A stretch of 64,000 nucleotides of DNA. It comes from Octopus vulgaris (lineage: Eukaryota). Below, piece after piece: positions 38,311-52,046 of this stretch (positions are counted from its first letter, which is position 1; each line of letters opens with the position of its first letter). The translations under genes and the position numbers were made by a program. Where the stretch lies: NCBI GenBank assembly GCA_951406725.2, contig OX597832.1:31496001-31560000 (forward strand). The letters are read 5' to 3'. The notes under the pieces were generated by a model. It saw only the letters and a program-made list of their open reading frames with translations. It searched no databases and was not told the origin of the DNA.

Positions 38311-38723
38311 TATGTTCTTTAAATAATAAACGAAAATACGACGCGTACTCGATTCCGTTTGGAGATCGTGGATCATTATTATATCACATATGGCATCGGT
38401 CAATCGATAATCTGCTTTGACATGAAACTGTCACATGATAATCACGTGATAATCATCTAATATAAAATAACATGGTGGCTGCTTAAACCATCCTCTTTCC
38501 GCGTTTCACACACAACAAATGCGGTTTAATAATGTGCGATAAAGATATCAACCGGAGTACATCATATAATATAATGATATATCGCAGTTGTATTGCAAAA
38601 ACAAAAACAAAAAAAAGCAAAACAAAACAACAACAAACGTAAAAACAAACAAACACAAAAGATGCTTGATTGAACACCGAATCTATTTCGCTTTCTCCCC
38701 ACATTTTTTTTATCGATTTTCCC

Positions 38724-38914
38724 GTTTCCATGACAACGGTTTTGTTCCTCTGCCAATCCATCAACATGGCAACAACGACTTACACCGTCTTCCATTATAT
38801 TCTTCCTCCTCTTCTTCCCTTTTTACTTTCATCTTTTCACCCGCTACCCCTACTCCTGTCGATCTGTCACCATAGCAACCAGATAATAATCACTACATTT
38901 CTCTCCATGGTAAC
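38724..38914 (+). promoter_or_regulatory. Cluster of four RFX X-box-like motifs
   Basis: gtttccatgacaac at 38724, atcaacatggcaac at 38760, gtcaccatagcaac at 38866, ctctccatggtaac at 38901. Confidence 0.55.
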
Positions 38915-39035
38915 CAAATGACGATATTGCTCCTTCTGAATATCCCAGATCGGTTTCGATTCCCGCCCGGGTGATGGCTGATTTTCCCCGTTCTTAGAAA
39001 TCACCCCATTTCTGAGTCTATCATTTACCGTTTCT

Positions 39036-39211
39036 CTTTTTCTTGTTTCAGTCAATGCACTGCGGCCATGCTGGGGCACTAACTTCAAGAATTTTCAGTA
39101 AAATTCTGTTACTTGTTCTGTCGGTCTGTTCTGAAGATTACAGAGACGTAAACACACCGATACCGGTTGTTAGGCAGCAGCAGGGGACAAATACAGACAC
39201 AAAGAAACACA

Positions 39212-39259
<48 letters not shown>

Positions 39260-39393
39260 TTCTTTGCAATTTCCATCCATCAGATTCATTCTGAAGGTTT
39301 TGGTCGGCCTGAGGTTATAGTAGGTGCCACACAGTGGAACTGAACCCAGAAACAAGGACTTAGGAAGCAAGATTCTTACAGCACACACAGGCA
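39036..39393 (-). mobile_element. SINE family A, diverged
   Basis: cttgtttcagtcaatgcactgcggccatgctgggg...gtgccacacagtggaactgaaccc. Confidence 0.75.
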
Positions 39394-40116
39394 TTTCATC
39401 ACTAGCTGGTTATTAACACACGCTGAGGACAGGTAACCATACAGAAACATGAATCCGTGTGTATCACGTAAGGCTAGGAATGGGAGCGATGACCTCCCCC
39501 CACAAATACTAATCGGACACAGAATGTGTGCCGTTAGCCAGCTGGAAGAGATGTTTTCCTGGGGCTATAAATGCCAGTAGCACTGTCCCATATAGGACGC
39601 CACAATTGGTTGGCAATTATATATGTATACTTTTAGACGCACGCACGCACGCGGGTGTGCGGGCGCGCATGTGTAGGTATGAACACGCTCGCTTACGCGA
39701 ATACTATGAACTCTTTTACCCCCTTGACTTTTACTCCCTTCCCTCACTCAGCGGTCATTCGAATAGCTCATTTGTCTTAATAACGGTCAACCACACAGTA
39801 ATTTCCTTTTGTTTAACGGTCATTTTTCATAGCATTTTCCTGATGACCTAATTTCCCCGAAAACTCTTGGCGTCACTCAATGTTATAGTAAAATGCACGT
39901 GCCAAAGATATCACGCCGTGGAATCGATCGCGGCACCTCACGATTGCAAAGTGAAGTTGTTAGTAATTTGTTTGTTTGAAATATCCTGTGGGATGGTCAT
40001 GTTTGGGACGTTATTGATGATAGCGGATTGTTTAGTGAAGGTTGGACTGTGGTTAAATGACGTTATTTGTTTCATCTTCATTTTTGTTCCGCCCCTCTCT
40101 CTCTTACCACCACTCT

Positions 40117-40162
<46 letters not shown>

Positions 40163-40803
40163 ACATGTACACACACATGAACACGCTGAAAGAGAGACAC
40201 AGTGACGTACACTGACATACAGGTTCTACATACACACACATACATGGATACAAAAACATACACATACAAACATAAGACACACATAGATATAACACACACA
40301 CACACACACACACTATAGATACACAGGGACACAAAAACACGCACGTAAAGACAGAAGGCCGACACATACACATCATGCACACACACAATTGACACATGCA
40401 CACACAGACGCCCAGCCACATTTACTTCCTCTGCTTCTAGCAGACACAGAGACACACACACGCACTCACACACACACACACCCACAGCCACTAACCCTCC
40501 CACATACATACACACACACAAACACACACACACGCACTCACACACACACACACCCACAGCCACTAACCCCCCCACATACATACACACACACAAACACACA
40601 CACACTAACACACACACTAGGACACACACAAATACACACACGCACACACACACGTGACAGACATACGGAAATAGAAGCACAGAGATACAGATACACAAAC
40701 CTATATACACATATAGACATTGCATAACCAACACTCTCTATCACACACATGCACACACATACACATACACACTCATAGAGATTCACAGTGGATACTTCGT
40801 GGC

Positions 40804-40962
40804 TACTGATTGATGACCGAATGGTCATCAATCAGTATCCATGGCAACAAATCAATCCACTTATTTTCCTTAACGACCAATATTCCAAGATTTCCTATTT
40901 TCCCGCCGGAGATTACAGTAATCAGTTTTCCACTTAACTTCGTTATTTATCACCGTAGCAAC
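40804..40962 (+). promoter_or_regulatory. Perfect 15-bp inverted repeat overlapping an X-box, with a second X-box-like motif downstream
   Basis: tactgattgatgacc-gaat-ggtcatcaatcagta (40804-40837); gtatccatggcaac at 40835; atcaccgtagcaac at 40949. Confidence 0.45.
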
Positions 40963-41412
40963 CACGGCACACCACCACCACCACCACCACCACCACCACC
41001 ACCACCACCACCACCACCACCACCACCACTGAGACACAAGCATCATCATTAGTTTACCTTTTCTATAAGTACACAAGCATCGGCACCGGTGTCCCCGCCA
41101 ACCTCAACAACATCACAATCACCTATAACACCACCACCACCATCGCCAGTCAACATCCGAAACCGTCGTTACACCACCACAACCGACGACCCAACAAATG
41201 CACGAGGGAAATAGAGAAGTAGATGGCGCACTTGACAAATGGTGTACATGTCAAACAGAAAAAGCAGTTGGAGTCAAGCATAATGGTCAGGCATTCCGTT
41301 CGCTGCCAACTCACTCTGTGCAAAGCGCTGGTTATTCCTTAGATAACGATACCCAGTTGGGCACTGAAGTAGCACTATCTACCCAGAGGTTCGGAAAAAG
41401 TGAGCAGGAGTA

Positions 41413-41795
41413 GACGTGGGAGTGGCTGTGTGGTAAGTAGCTTGCGTACCAACCACATGGGTCTGGGTTCAGTCCCACTACGTGGCACCTTAGGCAAGTG
41501 TCTTCTACTATAGCCTCGGGCCAACCAAAGCCTTGTGAGTGGATTTGGTAGAGGGAAACTGAAAGAATCTCGTCGTATATATGCATATATATGTGTGTGC
41601 GTGTGTATGTGTTTATGTGTCTGTGTTTCCCCTCCCCCCAACATCGCTTGGCAACCGATGCTGGTGTGTTTACGTCCCCGTAACTTAGCGGTTCGGCAAA
41701 AGAAACCGATAGAATAAGTACTAGGTTTGCTCGACTAAAGGCGGTGCTCCAGCATGGCCATAGTCAAATGACTGAAAGAAGTAAAAGAGTAAAAG
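41413..41795 (+). mobile_element. SINE family A, near full length
   Basis: Head, internal (GT)-rich tract and gtaaaagagtaaaag tail. Confidence 0.9.
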
Positions 41796-42819
41796 GGATC
41801 GCTATTTGTCAGACTCAACTCTTGGATGGAACTGTTATCCTGGAGTGAGCAAAGACTAAGACATTGCGCCTGACATCAGGAATACTATCTGTTGTTGACG
41901 TCTCTCAAGTTGTGAAGCAATTGGCTCAGTGTAACTCGTTCGTTAACATATATGAAGAAGTAGAGGTGGGAAACGTTATGACATCTAGTGCTTCTCCGAG
42001 AAACACTGGATATAGATGCGATTCCTTTGTGTCTTTTGTTCCAGAGGGAATTCAGTCTGCAGACTGTCTATAGCTTTCAGAAATACCTTATTTGGCAGTG
42101 GTACTTGGGTGGGAATTAATCATTGTCGTTGGAGACAAACGCTATAGACAGGGAAGTGCTGCCTGCAGGGCTTGGCCGAGATGCAACCTTTTCGCTCAGT
42201 GTTCAAACATTGCTGACTGGTGGAGTTATACCGAACAAACTGCTGTCGATGTAAAATGAATCTAGTTATTAATCAAGTCGTTTATGAAGATCGAGCCGCA
42301 TTCCTTCGTGTAGGAAAGACAGGCAGGTATCTCCTTCTTGGTGGTGGTCATCGCAAAAGAAATCGTGTGCTGAGCGGAATGAAAAGACAGAAGACAAACA
42401 CTTTTTCCTTCGGTTTAACTACCATCAATCTTTTAGGGTTTCGCTTGGGGAAGAATGCGAAGAAGAAGAGTCAGGAGTCTCTCTCAGTAGAATTTGTTGA
42501 AAGATGGGTCAAAATAACGATCACGACTCGAATGAATGACTTTTATTCTCAGTACGTAGCCGTACACTGGGGAACGACGGTTGGGTGGGGTCACTTGAAA
42601 GTCAGTGGTCGGGATAACTCTGGATCTGTTGTCGGCTTTCTTGACGAGCTCCACCTGTCGGTATAATACTGGCATCGATTCTTGTGACTTTTTTCTGTTT
42701 TTTTTATTTGTTTTGATCCTCTTTTTGAAATGTCTCGAAAGTTCTTCAGCGCATGTGACCAATAAACAGGATTCAATAGTCGTCGTCATTTTCGTAGTAG
42801 TAGTAGTAGTAGTAGTAGT

Positions 42820-43022
42820 CCTTTCTACTATAGTCACAAAGCTTGAAATTGGGGAGGGGACTAATCGACCACAACGACCCCAGTGTTTCACTGGTACTTA
42901 ATTTATCGAACGCCAAAGGATGAACAGCAAAGTCGACCTCGGTGGAAGTTGAACTCAGAACGTAGCGACGGGTGAAATACCTCTCAGCATTTCGTCCGGC
43001 GTGCTAACGATTCTGCCACCTT
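42820..43022 (-). mobile_element. SINE family B
   Basis: ctggtacttaatttatcg...aaagtcgacctcgg...gtgctaacgattctgcca. Confidence 0.85.
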
Positions 43023-43028
43023 ACCATC

Positions 43029-43116
<88 letters not shown>

Positions 43117-43118
<2 letters not shown>

Positions 43119-43452
43119 GGGGAGCATCATAGCCATGTGTTGAGAGGGATTCTTTGGGGTTTGAATAGTTCACCTCTGGAAACATGGGTGGTTCTTTCAA
43201 CATCCTTAAACAACCCTTATTCAGGGACCGTTTGAGCGGGATGGGCTACTCAACCTGAAGAAAATTCTAACTGGGCCCCACCTGCAAGGTCATGTGCTGT
43301 TTATCTTGATATGAGATCAGCATGTCGCGCACATATGGTTGTGATGCATGTGCCTGGTGTACTTTTATCAGACGGGTAGTCATGATGGGTATATTGAGCT
43401 TCGTATATTTTACCCCAGTGTCACTTTGATGGCATGAACTGCTCTCTCACTC
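43117..43452 (+). mobile_element. (TAA)n-embedded retroposon, third copy
   Basis: Reverse complement of the first 335 bp of the 20091 copy; (AAT)n on both sides. Confidence 0.85.
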
Positions 43453-43470
43453 AATAATAATAATAATAAT

Positions 43471-43633
43471 AGTGATCCAGAAGACATCATTGTTGGGTAC
43501 AGCTCACAGTCTACGGAGAGTATTGTCTCTTTGAGTCACAGGAGAAGGCACTACTTGAAACCTTTGGTGATTTGTTATTGCCTGCTTTCAAGGAACAACC
43601 GGTAATTAAGAACTATTCGAGAGTCTTTCAGAA
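43471..43633 (+). mobile_element. R4/Dong-like LINE 3' end, third family
   Basis: VIQKTSLLGTAHSLRRVLSL* followed by a 3' UTR, between (AAT)n runs. Confidence 0.75.
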
Positions 43634-43656
43634 TAACAACAACAACAACAACAACA

Positions 43657-43714
<58 letters not shown>

Positions 43715-43912
43715 TCGGGGAAGAGATTAAATCGAAGCTAAAATTGGATTTTACTGCTATGAAAAAGCAACAGTAAGAAAAGCGTAGAAAATGCGGAACG
43801 GAGGCTGGAGACAGAAAATTCACTCAGCCTGTCTGTCTGTCTGTCTGATTGTCCGATTCTCTTGATTGTCCGTGTGCTTGTGTAGTATGTATGCTTATAA
43901 TTGTGATCATAA

Positions 43913-43946
<34 letters not shown>

Positions 43947-44076
43947 TATACGCACAAATGTATGTATATGTATTTATTCACTCAGACTCCGATCAAATCA
44001 AGAAAGCATTCACATATCTGCAGACGTACCCACACCCATGCACATACCCGCATACACGTACACGCTCATATACCCG

Positions 44077-44128
<52 letters not shown>

Positions 44129-44498
44129 TATATACGCGTACCACATAGCCACGCGGAAATGTATTGGTTGGCATTTGCGATGCAACTGCAAATGACCAAA
44201 CTCTCAGCTTGATATTTCTAGAAATGGACAGTTCTGATAATGGCTATTCAAAGACTTATTTTGGAATAAATCCTCGGATTAACTTGGCAATAATCTGAGA
44301 GATTGAAGATTAAGTCATCGGACACGACACGGAGAAATCACAGCATGTGAAGCAGTAGCAATCATGCGTCTGAGTGTAGGAGTGAGGACGTGGCTACGTT
44401 GGATGGTGTGTGCCTGCGTATACCTATGTCAAATACATGTACATATGAGCAAATGCATAGACGCATGAATCTGTCTATCAAGCTATATCTATGTCTAC

Positions 44499-44577
<79 letters not shown>

Positions 44578-44808
44578 ATGTTTAGTCTCTGTATAGCAAT
44601 ATACGTACGCACAAATACATATACACGCTCGCACACGCATATATATCTGGCTACGCAATTGAGAAAATATTAAATTAAAATACAGATCCGTGCATCTACC
44701 AACCACATGGTTCCGGGTTCAGTCCCACTGCGTGGCAACTTGGGCAAGTGTCTTCAACACCCATCGTAGCTATTTTCCCGTCGACTGGAGAAAAATAAAC
44801 AACCAAAT

Positions 44809-45219
44809 CGCAGGAGTGGCCGTGTGGTAAGAAGCTTGCTTCCCAACCACATGGTTCTGGGTTCAGTCCCACTGTGTGACACTTTGGGCAAGTTTCTTCT
44901 ACTATAGCCTCGGGCCGATCAAAGCCTTGTGAGTGGATTTGGTAGACGGAAACTGAAAGAAGCCTATCGTATATATGTATATATATATGTATGCATGTGT
45001 GTGTATACGTTTGTGTGTCTGTGTTTGTCCCCTCAACATCCCTTGACAACCGATGCTGGTGTGTTTACGTCCCCGTAACCTAGCGATTCGGCAAAAGAAA
45101 CCGATAGAATAAGTACTTGGTTTACAAAGAACAAGTCCTAGGGTCGATTTGCTCGACTAAAGGCGGTGCTCCAGCATGGCCACAGTTAAATGACTGAATC
45201 AACTAAAAGAGTAAAAGAG
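44809..45219 (+). mobile_element. SINE family A, full length (extra head fragment at about 44697-44755)
   Basis: cgcaggagtggccgtgtggtaag through taaaagagtaaaagag. Confidence 0.9.
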
Positions 45220-45730
45220 CATATATGTATACCAACAACGGGAACGTGAAACTCCGAGTAGCAGTTTTTGTGATATTTTTGCTGCTTCTTAATAAAGTAT
45301 ATACAAACATGTATAGTTAAATGAGATTCTGATAAAAAGCCTTGTAGAATGCCATGCAAATCCAGGCCATAGTTATCGGCTACCTGATGTCATCTTACAG
45401 GGGAAATACTCCTGCTATAGGTCATACATCAGGAATACCATAGTCTCAGTAGATTTTATAGAAACGATAGAGAATGGAATGAGCGATGTTTTTAAAATTT
45501 AGAATCACTACAATTGTTTCAGCACATTTTGACACCTGTAGTACATCGGTGAAATGTGTAATCATAATCCTCCATCCAAGATGTAAAATGCACCACCTCA
45601 GGTGGTTGTTTAAGGAAGACCTTCGTTAGATCCCTTCGGCATTTCATTCACTTTGAGAACGCATACCCAGAATCGTTAATTCCATATTCTATCATCTCTG
45701 TCTCCCTCTCTCTGTTTCTCTTCCTCTCTG

Positions 45731-45782
<52 letters not shown>

Positions 45783-46729
45783 CATCTATGAATTATACCC
45801 CATTGATAGGCCTATTACGGTGTTATTCGTACTGTGACAATCTCTCCCTTCCGCTCTCTCTCTCTTTGCCTAGATATATAAATATGTATAAACATACACA
45901 CATATACACATACATAGTTATACAATGGGATACATATACACGAACAGTTCTTCTGAGCGAACAATTAAATGATGAATAATTTCACAAAAAAAAAAAGAAG
46001 AAAAATGCATTCGCTCAACGAACAGAGTACGGCACGCGTATAAATGCTTGGGAAGTATATATATATACGCACGCGTAGTCTGTTCGTTCTCGTACGAACG
46101 TACGTTAAATAAATAAATTGTATTTCGAATAGTTTTTTGAAATACAAAATAATATTCAGGCAGCGAACTGGAATTCGAACAAGAAACACAATTTGACAAC
46201 GCATTCGAACAAGAAACAAACTAGGAGAGAGGGAAGAAAGTTTACCTATGGATTCCATGTAGCTTCTGGCCACATAATAATAATATTAATCTTACTTCTG
46301 GAAGCAGTATTCGTTCAAAATACTATTCTGTATATCAATCTTAACGCAGATGTATTGTTCAGAGCCTGGAAATTGCAGTTTTTCATCTCGAAAAAGCACC
46401 AGAACATATTTCTGTCAATTTTAACGTTTTTAAACATAATTCTAACGTTATACGTTTATAGAAGATGCTTTTGTCTGGAGACGATTTCCACAATTTCCAG
46501 GCTTTCAAATACTGCCGAGATCAACATTACATTTTTTCGCCATTTTGGGGGCGGCGATGAAATAAGAACCAATTTAGCACTGGGGTCGAGAGTATCGATT
46601 AAGGCTCCCTACAGCCATAAATCAGCATGACCATCACTACCGATATAACGGCAACACCAGCTGCTGCTATTACTGCTACTAATAATAATGACAATAACAA
46701 CAACATTAATAATAATAATAATAATAATT

Positions 46730-46770
<41 letters not shown>

Positions 46771-46772
<2 letters not shown>

Positions 46773-46987
46773 GAATAAGAATAGTCCTTTCTACTATAGG
46801 CACGTGGGTTTTATGGGGAGGTGGACAGTCGATCACATCGACTCCAGTACTCCACTGGTACTTAATTTATCGACCCCGAAAGGATGAAAGGCAAAGTCGA
46901 CCTCGCCGGAATTTGAATAATAATAATAATAATAATAATAATTATTATTATTATTATTATTATAGCAACAGCATCACCACCACCACC

Positions 46988-47021
<34 letters not shown>

Positions 47022-47035
47022 GTAACAACAACAAC

Positions 47036-47067
<32 letters not shown>

Positions 47068-47208
47068 GAATAAGAATAGTCCTTTCTACTATAGGCACGT
47101 GGGTTTTATGGGGAGGTGGACAGTCGATCACATCGACTCCAGTACTCCACTGGTACTTAATTTATCGACCCCGAAAGGATGAAAGGCAAAGTCGACCTCG
47201 GCTGAATT

Positions 47209-47243
<35 letters not shown>

Positions 47244-47276
47244 TATTATTATAGCAACAGCATCACCACCACCACC

Positions 47277-47308
<32 letters not shown>

Positions 47309-47357
47309 CAACAATAGTAACAACAACAACAACAATAATAATAATAATAATAATAAT
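46771..47357. repeat. Tandem duplication with a period of about 295 bp (SINE B fragment plus compound microsatellite)
   Basis: aagaataagaatagtcctttctactataggcacg starts at 46771 and again at 47066; the non-microsatellite part is nearly identical. Confidence 0.9.
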
Positions 47358-47777
47358 GAGTGAAGAATCCGTGACAAATCATGGGAAACAATTTGTATGC
47401 AATGCTTGAAAGTTTTGCGTGGCAGCCATAGTAAAAGATAAATGGAAAGGAGCGGGAAAGCAGCGAAAGGATGGCTGCTCTGCAAGTAATGTTGGAATTG
47501 GAATTGTGTCCAGTTGTAGAATATTGGTGGGGGTGGGGGTGTGGAATGAAGGCTGGTCATCCATCTATGGCAGGTGGGGTGGGGGCGAAAAACATGTTCT
47601 CGTTTTGATTTTGATTTATTTGCCAACTGATACGTATATATATATACATGTATATATACATACATACATATATATATATATATAATATGCTTATATGTTT
47701 GTATTAGGACATGCGTATATATACCATACATTCGTACGTATGTTATATATATATATGCATGTATGTATATATATGTA

Positions 47778-47813
<36 letters not shown>

Positions 47814-48564
47814 GATTTCATATGCCACTAATGCTTCGTAGAATTTATCAAAATACGTTATGCTCCAATGCCATAAAGAATTTATCAAAATATTTGATAT
47901 TACATGAGTAATACATACAATAAGAAAAACACCAAAAATTTACAATAATACCTAGACACACACACACACACATATATATATACATACACATAAATACATA
48001 CAGATGCAAATATAAATGTATAAACATAACATATACACATGTATGTATATGTATGTATACACACATACGTATATATGTGTGTAAGGATGTTGTTTTATCG
48101 ACTGTGTATTTCACAAAGTCACAGACGCACAAAACCACATAAACACTTCGGCATTGGTCTCTAATAAAACAGAAACGTTATCTCACTCTCCAATACACCG
48201 GTGCAATGACGAAATTATCAAAGCCGTGTTATATGCTTATGCTATAAAAAGAAGAATTTATAGAAATATATTATAAAAGAGCCGTTGTAAAGAAAAGGAA
48301 TATATCAAAATATATTATATAGCAATGTTTTAAAAGATATATAAACGATTCAATATATCAGGGTGGTATTGAAATCATAAAAAAAGAAGAAGAGAAAAGG
48401 AGGAAAACTGGAAGAGATGTTTTCAAACTGACTGGTGTAGATATATTCTATAGCTGATTTATGGATACATACATACATACATACATACATACATAAATAG
48501 ATAGTTATATATATATATATATATATATATACATACATACATACCTACATAAATATACATATTC

Positions 48565-48601
<37 letters not shown>

Positions 48602-48679
48602 CACGCACACACATTACATCATATCATACACATGTATGTGTATACAATATATATATATATATACATACATACATATATG

Positions 48680-48766
<87 letters not shown>

Positions 48767-48841
48767 AGTTCTATATTTGTGATACTTATATGCACCTATT
48801 TATATCTGTCTGTCTGTGTCTGTCTCTCTGTTCATCTATCG

Positions 48842-48877
<36 letters not shown>

Positions 48878-49972
48878 GTGTTGGTCCAGCGTAGCCCGCA
48901 TCCGCCTAGCTGAAACGGATGAAACGAAATATATATATATATATACACACATACGTATACACATACGCATATATGCATATATTTGCTCTTTCACACACGC
49001 CCACGCCCACATATATATATGTAAGGATATATATATATATATATATATGTCTGTTTGTGTGTATGTACGTCAGCTTGTATGCATAACTGTGTTTGTGAAC
49101 ATATACATATACACACACAAACACACGCATGTATATATATATGTATATATATATATGTATATATATATACACGCACTCACACGTGCATATATAAAAGTAT
49201 ACACACACCACACACTTACACACACATACACGTACACTTTCACACATACACACACACGTACATATGTATACATACACACATATCCACACACACACACGCA
49301 CACACAGATATATACCACAGCCACTACTGCATAGATACACTTTATCGAAGCTGTTTCATACCTGAATGCAAGAGAGAATTTATCAAAACTCTTGTAAACA
49401 ATATTGTAATAAAGTATTTAGCGAAAACACCTTATACACCAGAGCAATGAATAATTTATCAAGATCTTTCTATTTTATTGGATTTTATTTTGGTTTTATA
49501 ACACTGCAATGGAAGAACGAGTAATCAGGTTATCACAGATTTAACTTGTGTTCCATAGAATTACGAGATTGGTCATAAAAAATTTTTGGAAGTTACAGAA
49601 TTATCAGTTGGATGTTCTGAAAGTGGTTTTTCTTTTATGCAGGGAAGAATTGTGTTTTGATATATGTTTGGCTTCGAAAAAGTTCCTCTTTCCTCGTCTT
49701 CTTGGATGTCTGTCATCGTAGAAATTTCACATAACATTTCGAGCGGCATTGTCTAGCAGAGACTTCAGGTATCGTCTACCAGAGACTTGTATGTTGGGTC
49801 GAATGGCGAAGATTGAACCTAGAGTTTTTGTTTCATTCTTTATCAAGTTGTAACGTATGTTCTGATAACCGTCAGTTACAATAGATTGCCTCACCTTTGT
49901 GAACAGTGTTTTCTTCCGGTGTCTTCAAATTATGCATTCACACATTGATACATACATACATACATACATACA

Positions 49973-50055
<83 letters not shown>

Positions 50056-50491
50056 ATATATATATACACACACAAGAATTTTTTGCGTAATGAGATAAAA
50101 AAACCAAGGCTGTGTAGATATTAGAACATTTATAGAGAGAAGGTATTACAGCTGTTTCCGGGATATTTATTAATTATATCCCTTCATCCGAGACGATGTG
50201 AAAGGACGGTTAAGTAATAATTAATTTAGACGGGATACAAAATAGAGAGTGAGGTGGAGGAAAGAAAATAGATGTGAAATATGCAGGGATATTGAATTTG
50301 TAGATCCTTTTTTTGGGCAGAATGGTATATATGTAAGATTCCAATACATTATGAGAAAAATCCAACAGCATTTCAAATTGTTCATTCCAAATACAGAGTT
50401 TATTCACAATGTAAGATTCCAAAGCCTTATACGTAAGTCCTAACGGTATTTAAAATTGGTCCTTTTTTGGGTCTCAATGACACCATTACCT

Positions 50492-50525
<34 letters not shown>

Positions 50526-50745
50526 CTAATGTAGGATAAAATTTTTTTCGGGAAAAAATTTTTTATCAATGGCCAGCATATCAAAAAATACCTTTAAAGG
50601 TTAAATTTATAAATAATTTACAAGATAATGGCAAAAGAAAAATTCTAATGCCAAATATGCCGAAAAAAAAACAAAAATTGTCAATAACCATTATAATTTA
50701 TGCGTCTCGAAACAAACCGATAGAAATTTCTAAAAAAATCCGTTA

Positions 50746-50806
50746 TTACCGTATTGGTCCCAATTTCGGGGTTAATTTATAAGAATTTTCCCCTCTTCAG
50801 CAATAA
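50746..50806 (-). ncRNA. Type I hammerhead ribozyme, apparently intact
   Basis: Minus strand: UUAUUG CUGAAGA GGGG (18-nt loop) CCCC GAAA UUGG GA CCAAU A CGGUAA. Full core and stems I-III; predicted cleavage after AUA. Confidence 0.7.
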
Positions 50807-51008
50807 ATACGTGAGATATAAGTGAAATACTTACTCATACCCATGGAAAAAGCAAGTACTAAGTCCCGAGCAGACATAAGTACCTCAAATATATCCAAAA
50901 TAGAAAATCTTCGGCACATCTCGAGACGCATAAATTTGCTCGACTAAAGGCAATACTCCAGCACGGCCGCAGTTAAATGACTGAAACATATAAAAGAATA
51001 AAATAAAA

Positions 51009-51040
<32 letters not shown>

Positions 51041-51044
<4 letters not shown>

Positions 51045-51557
51045 AATATATAAATTAAAGAGATATGCTATTGATAATCCAGAAATTTATATTACAATAT
51101 TACATTAAACACTATGACCATAACATAATACTATATAACATAAATAATTATATAAACCATAAAAGTTCAACAAATTGTTTCGAGTTATATACATTTTTTT
51201 CTGATATACACACTCGCAGTTCCATTATATATAAAATTCACTTCAGGGTCAAGGTTTAGAGAAAGACGAAATTTCGTGTGAAAGGACCGCTGGATGGTAA
51301 AAATTAATTCAAAACAATCTCATTTTTTGAATTGAAGTGACTTTATATATAATGGAACTGTGATTATGTATATCAGAAGAAAAAAAACATATATATGAGT
51401 CGAAGCAATTTGTTGGTCTTTTAAGGTTTTTATAATCATTTATGTTATTTATATAATATTATGTTATGTTATATTCATAGTATTTAATGTGATATTGTGA
51501 TATAAATAAATTATTGGATTGTCAATAGAATATCTCTATATTTAATTTATCTTTATT
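51041..51557. repeat. Long imperfect inverted repeat (arms about 51041-51245 and 51333-51557)
   Basis: cagttccattatatataaaattcacttca vs tgaagtgactttatatataatggaactg, and gatatgctattgataatcca vs tggattgtcaatagaatatc. Confidence 0.8.
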
Positions 51558-51716
51558 ATTGAATTATACCAATATTTATATGGTATCCAACTGACGCACA
51601 CCAGTGAATTGGAGGTTTAACAACAAACCCCTTTCAAGGATTTCGTCTCCTCAGTTTGTTACTTTATATACATCCATACATAAATACATACATACATACA
51701 TACACATATACATATA

Positions 51717-51770
<54 letters not shown>

Positions 51771-51853
51771 TTAATAATAATGGTATGACAACAAAAGAAT
51801 GAATGAGACCTCGATATTATGTAAATAGAGGAATTTATCTATAATATGTGACA

Positions 51854-51911
<58 letters not shown>

Positions 51912-51983
51912 TCATAAATCAATCAAACACTCGATCTATCTATCCGTCCGTCTGTCCGTCTTCTGTCTGTCTCTCTTTTACTC

Positions 51984-52046
<63 letters not shown>

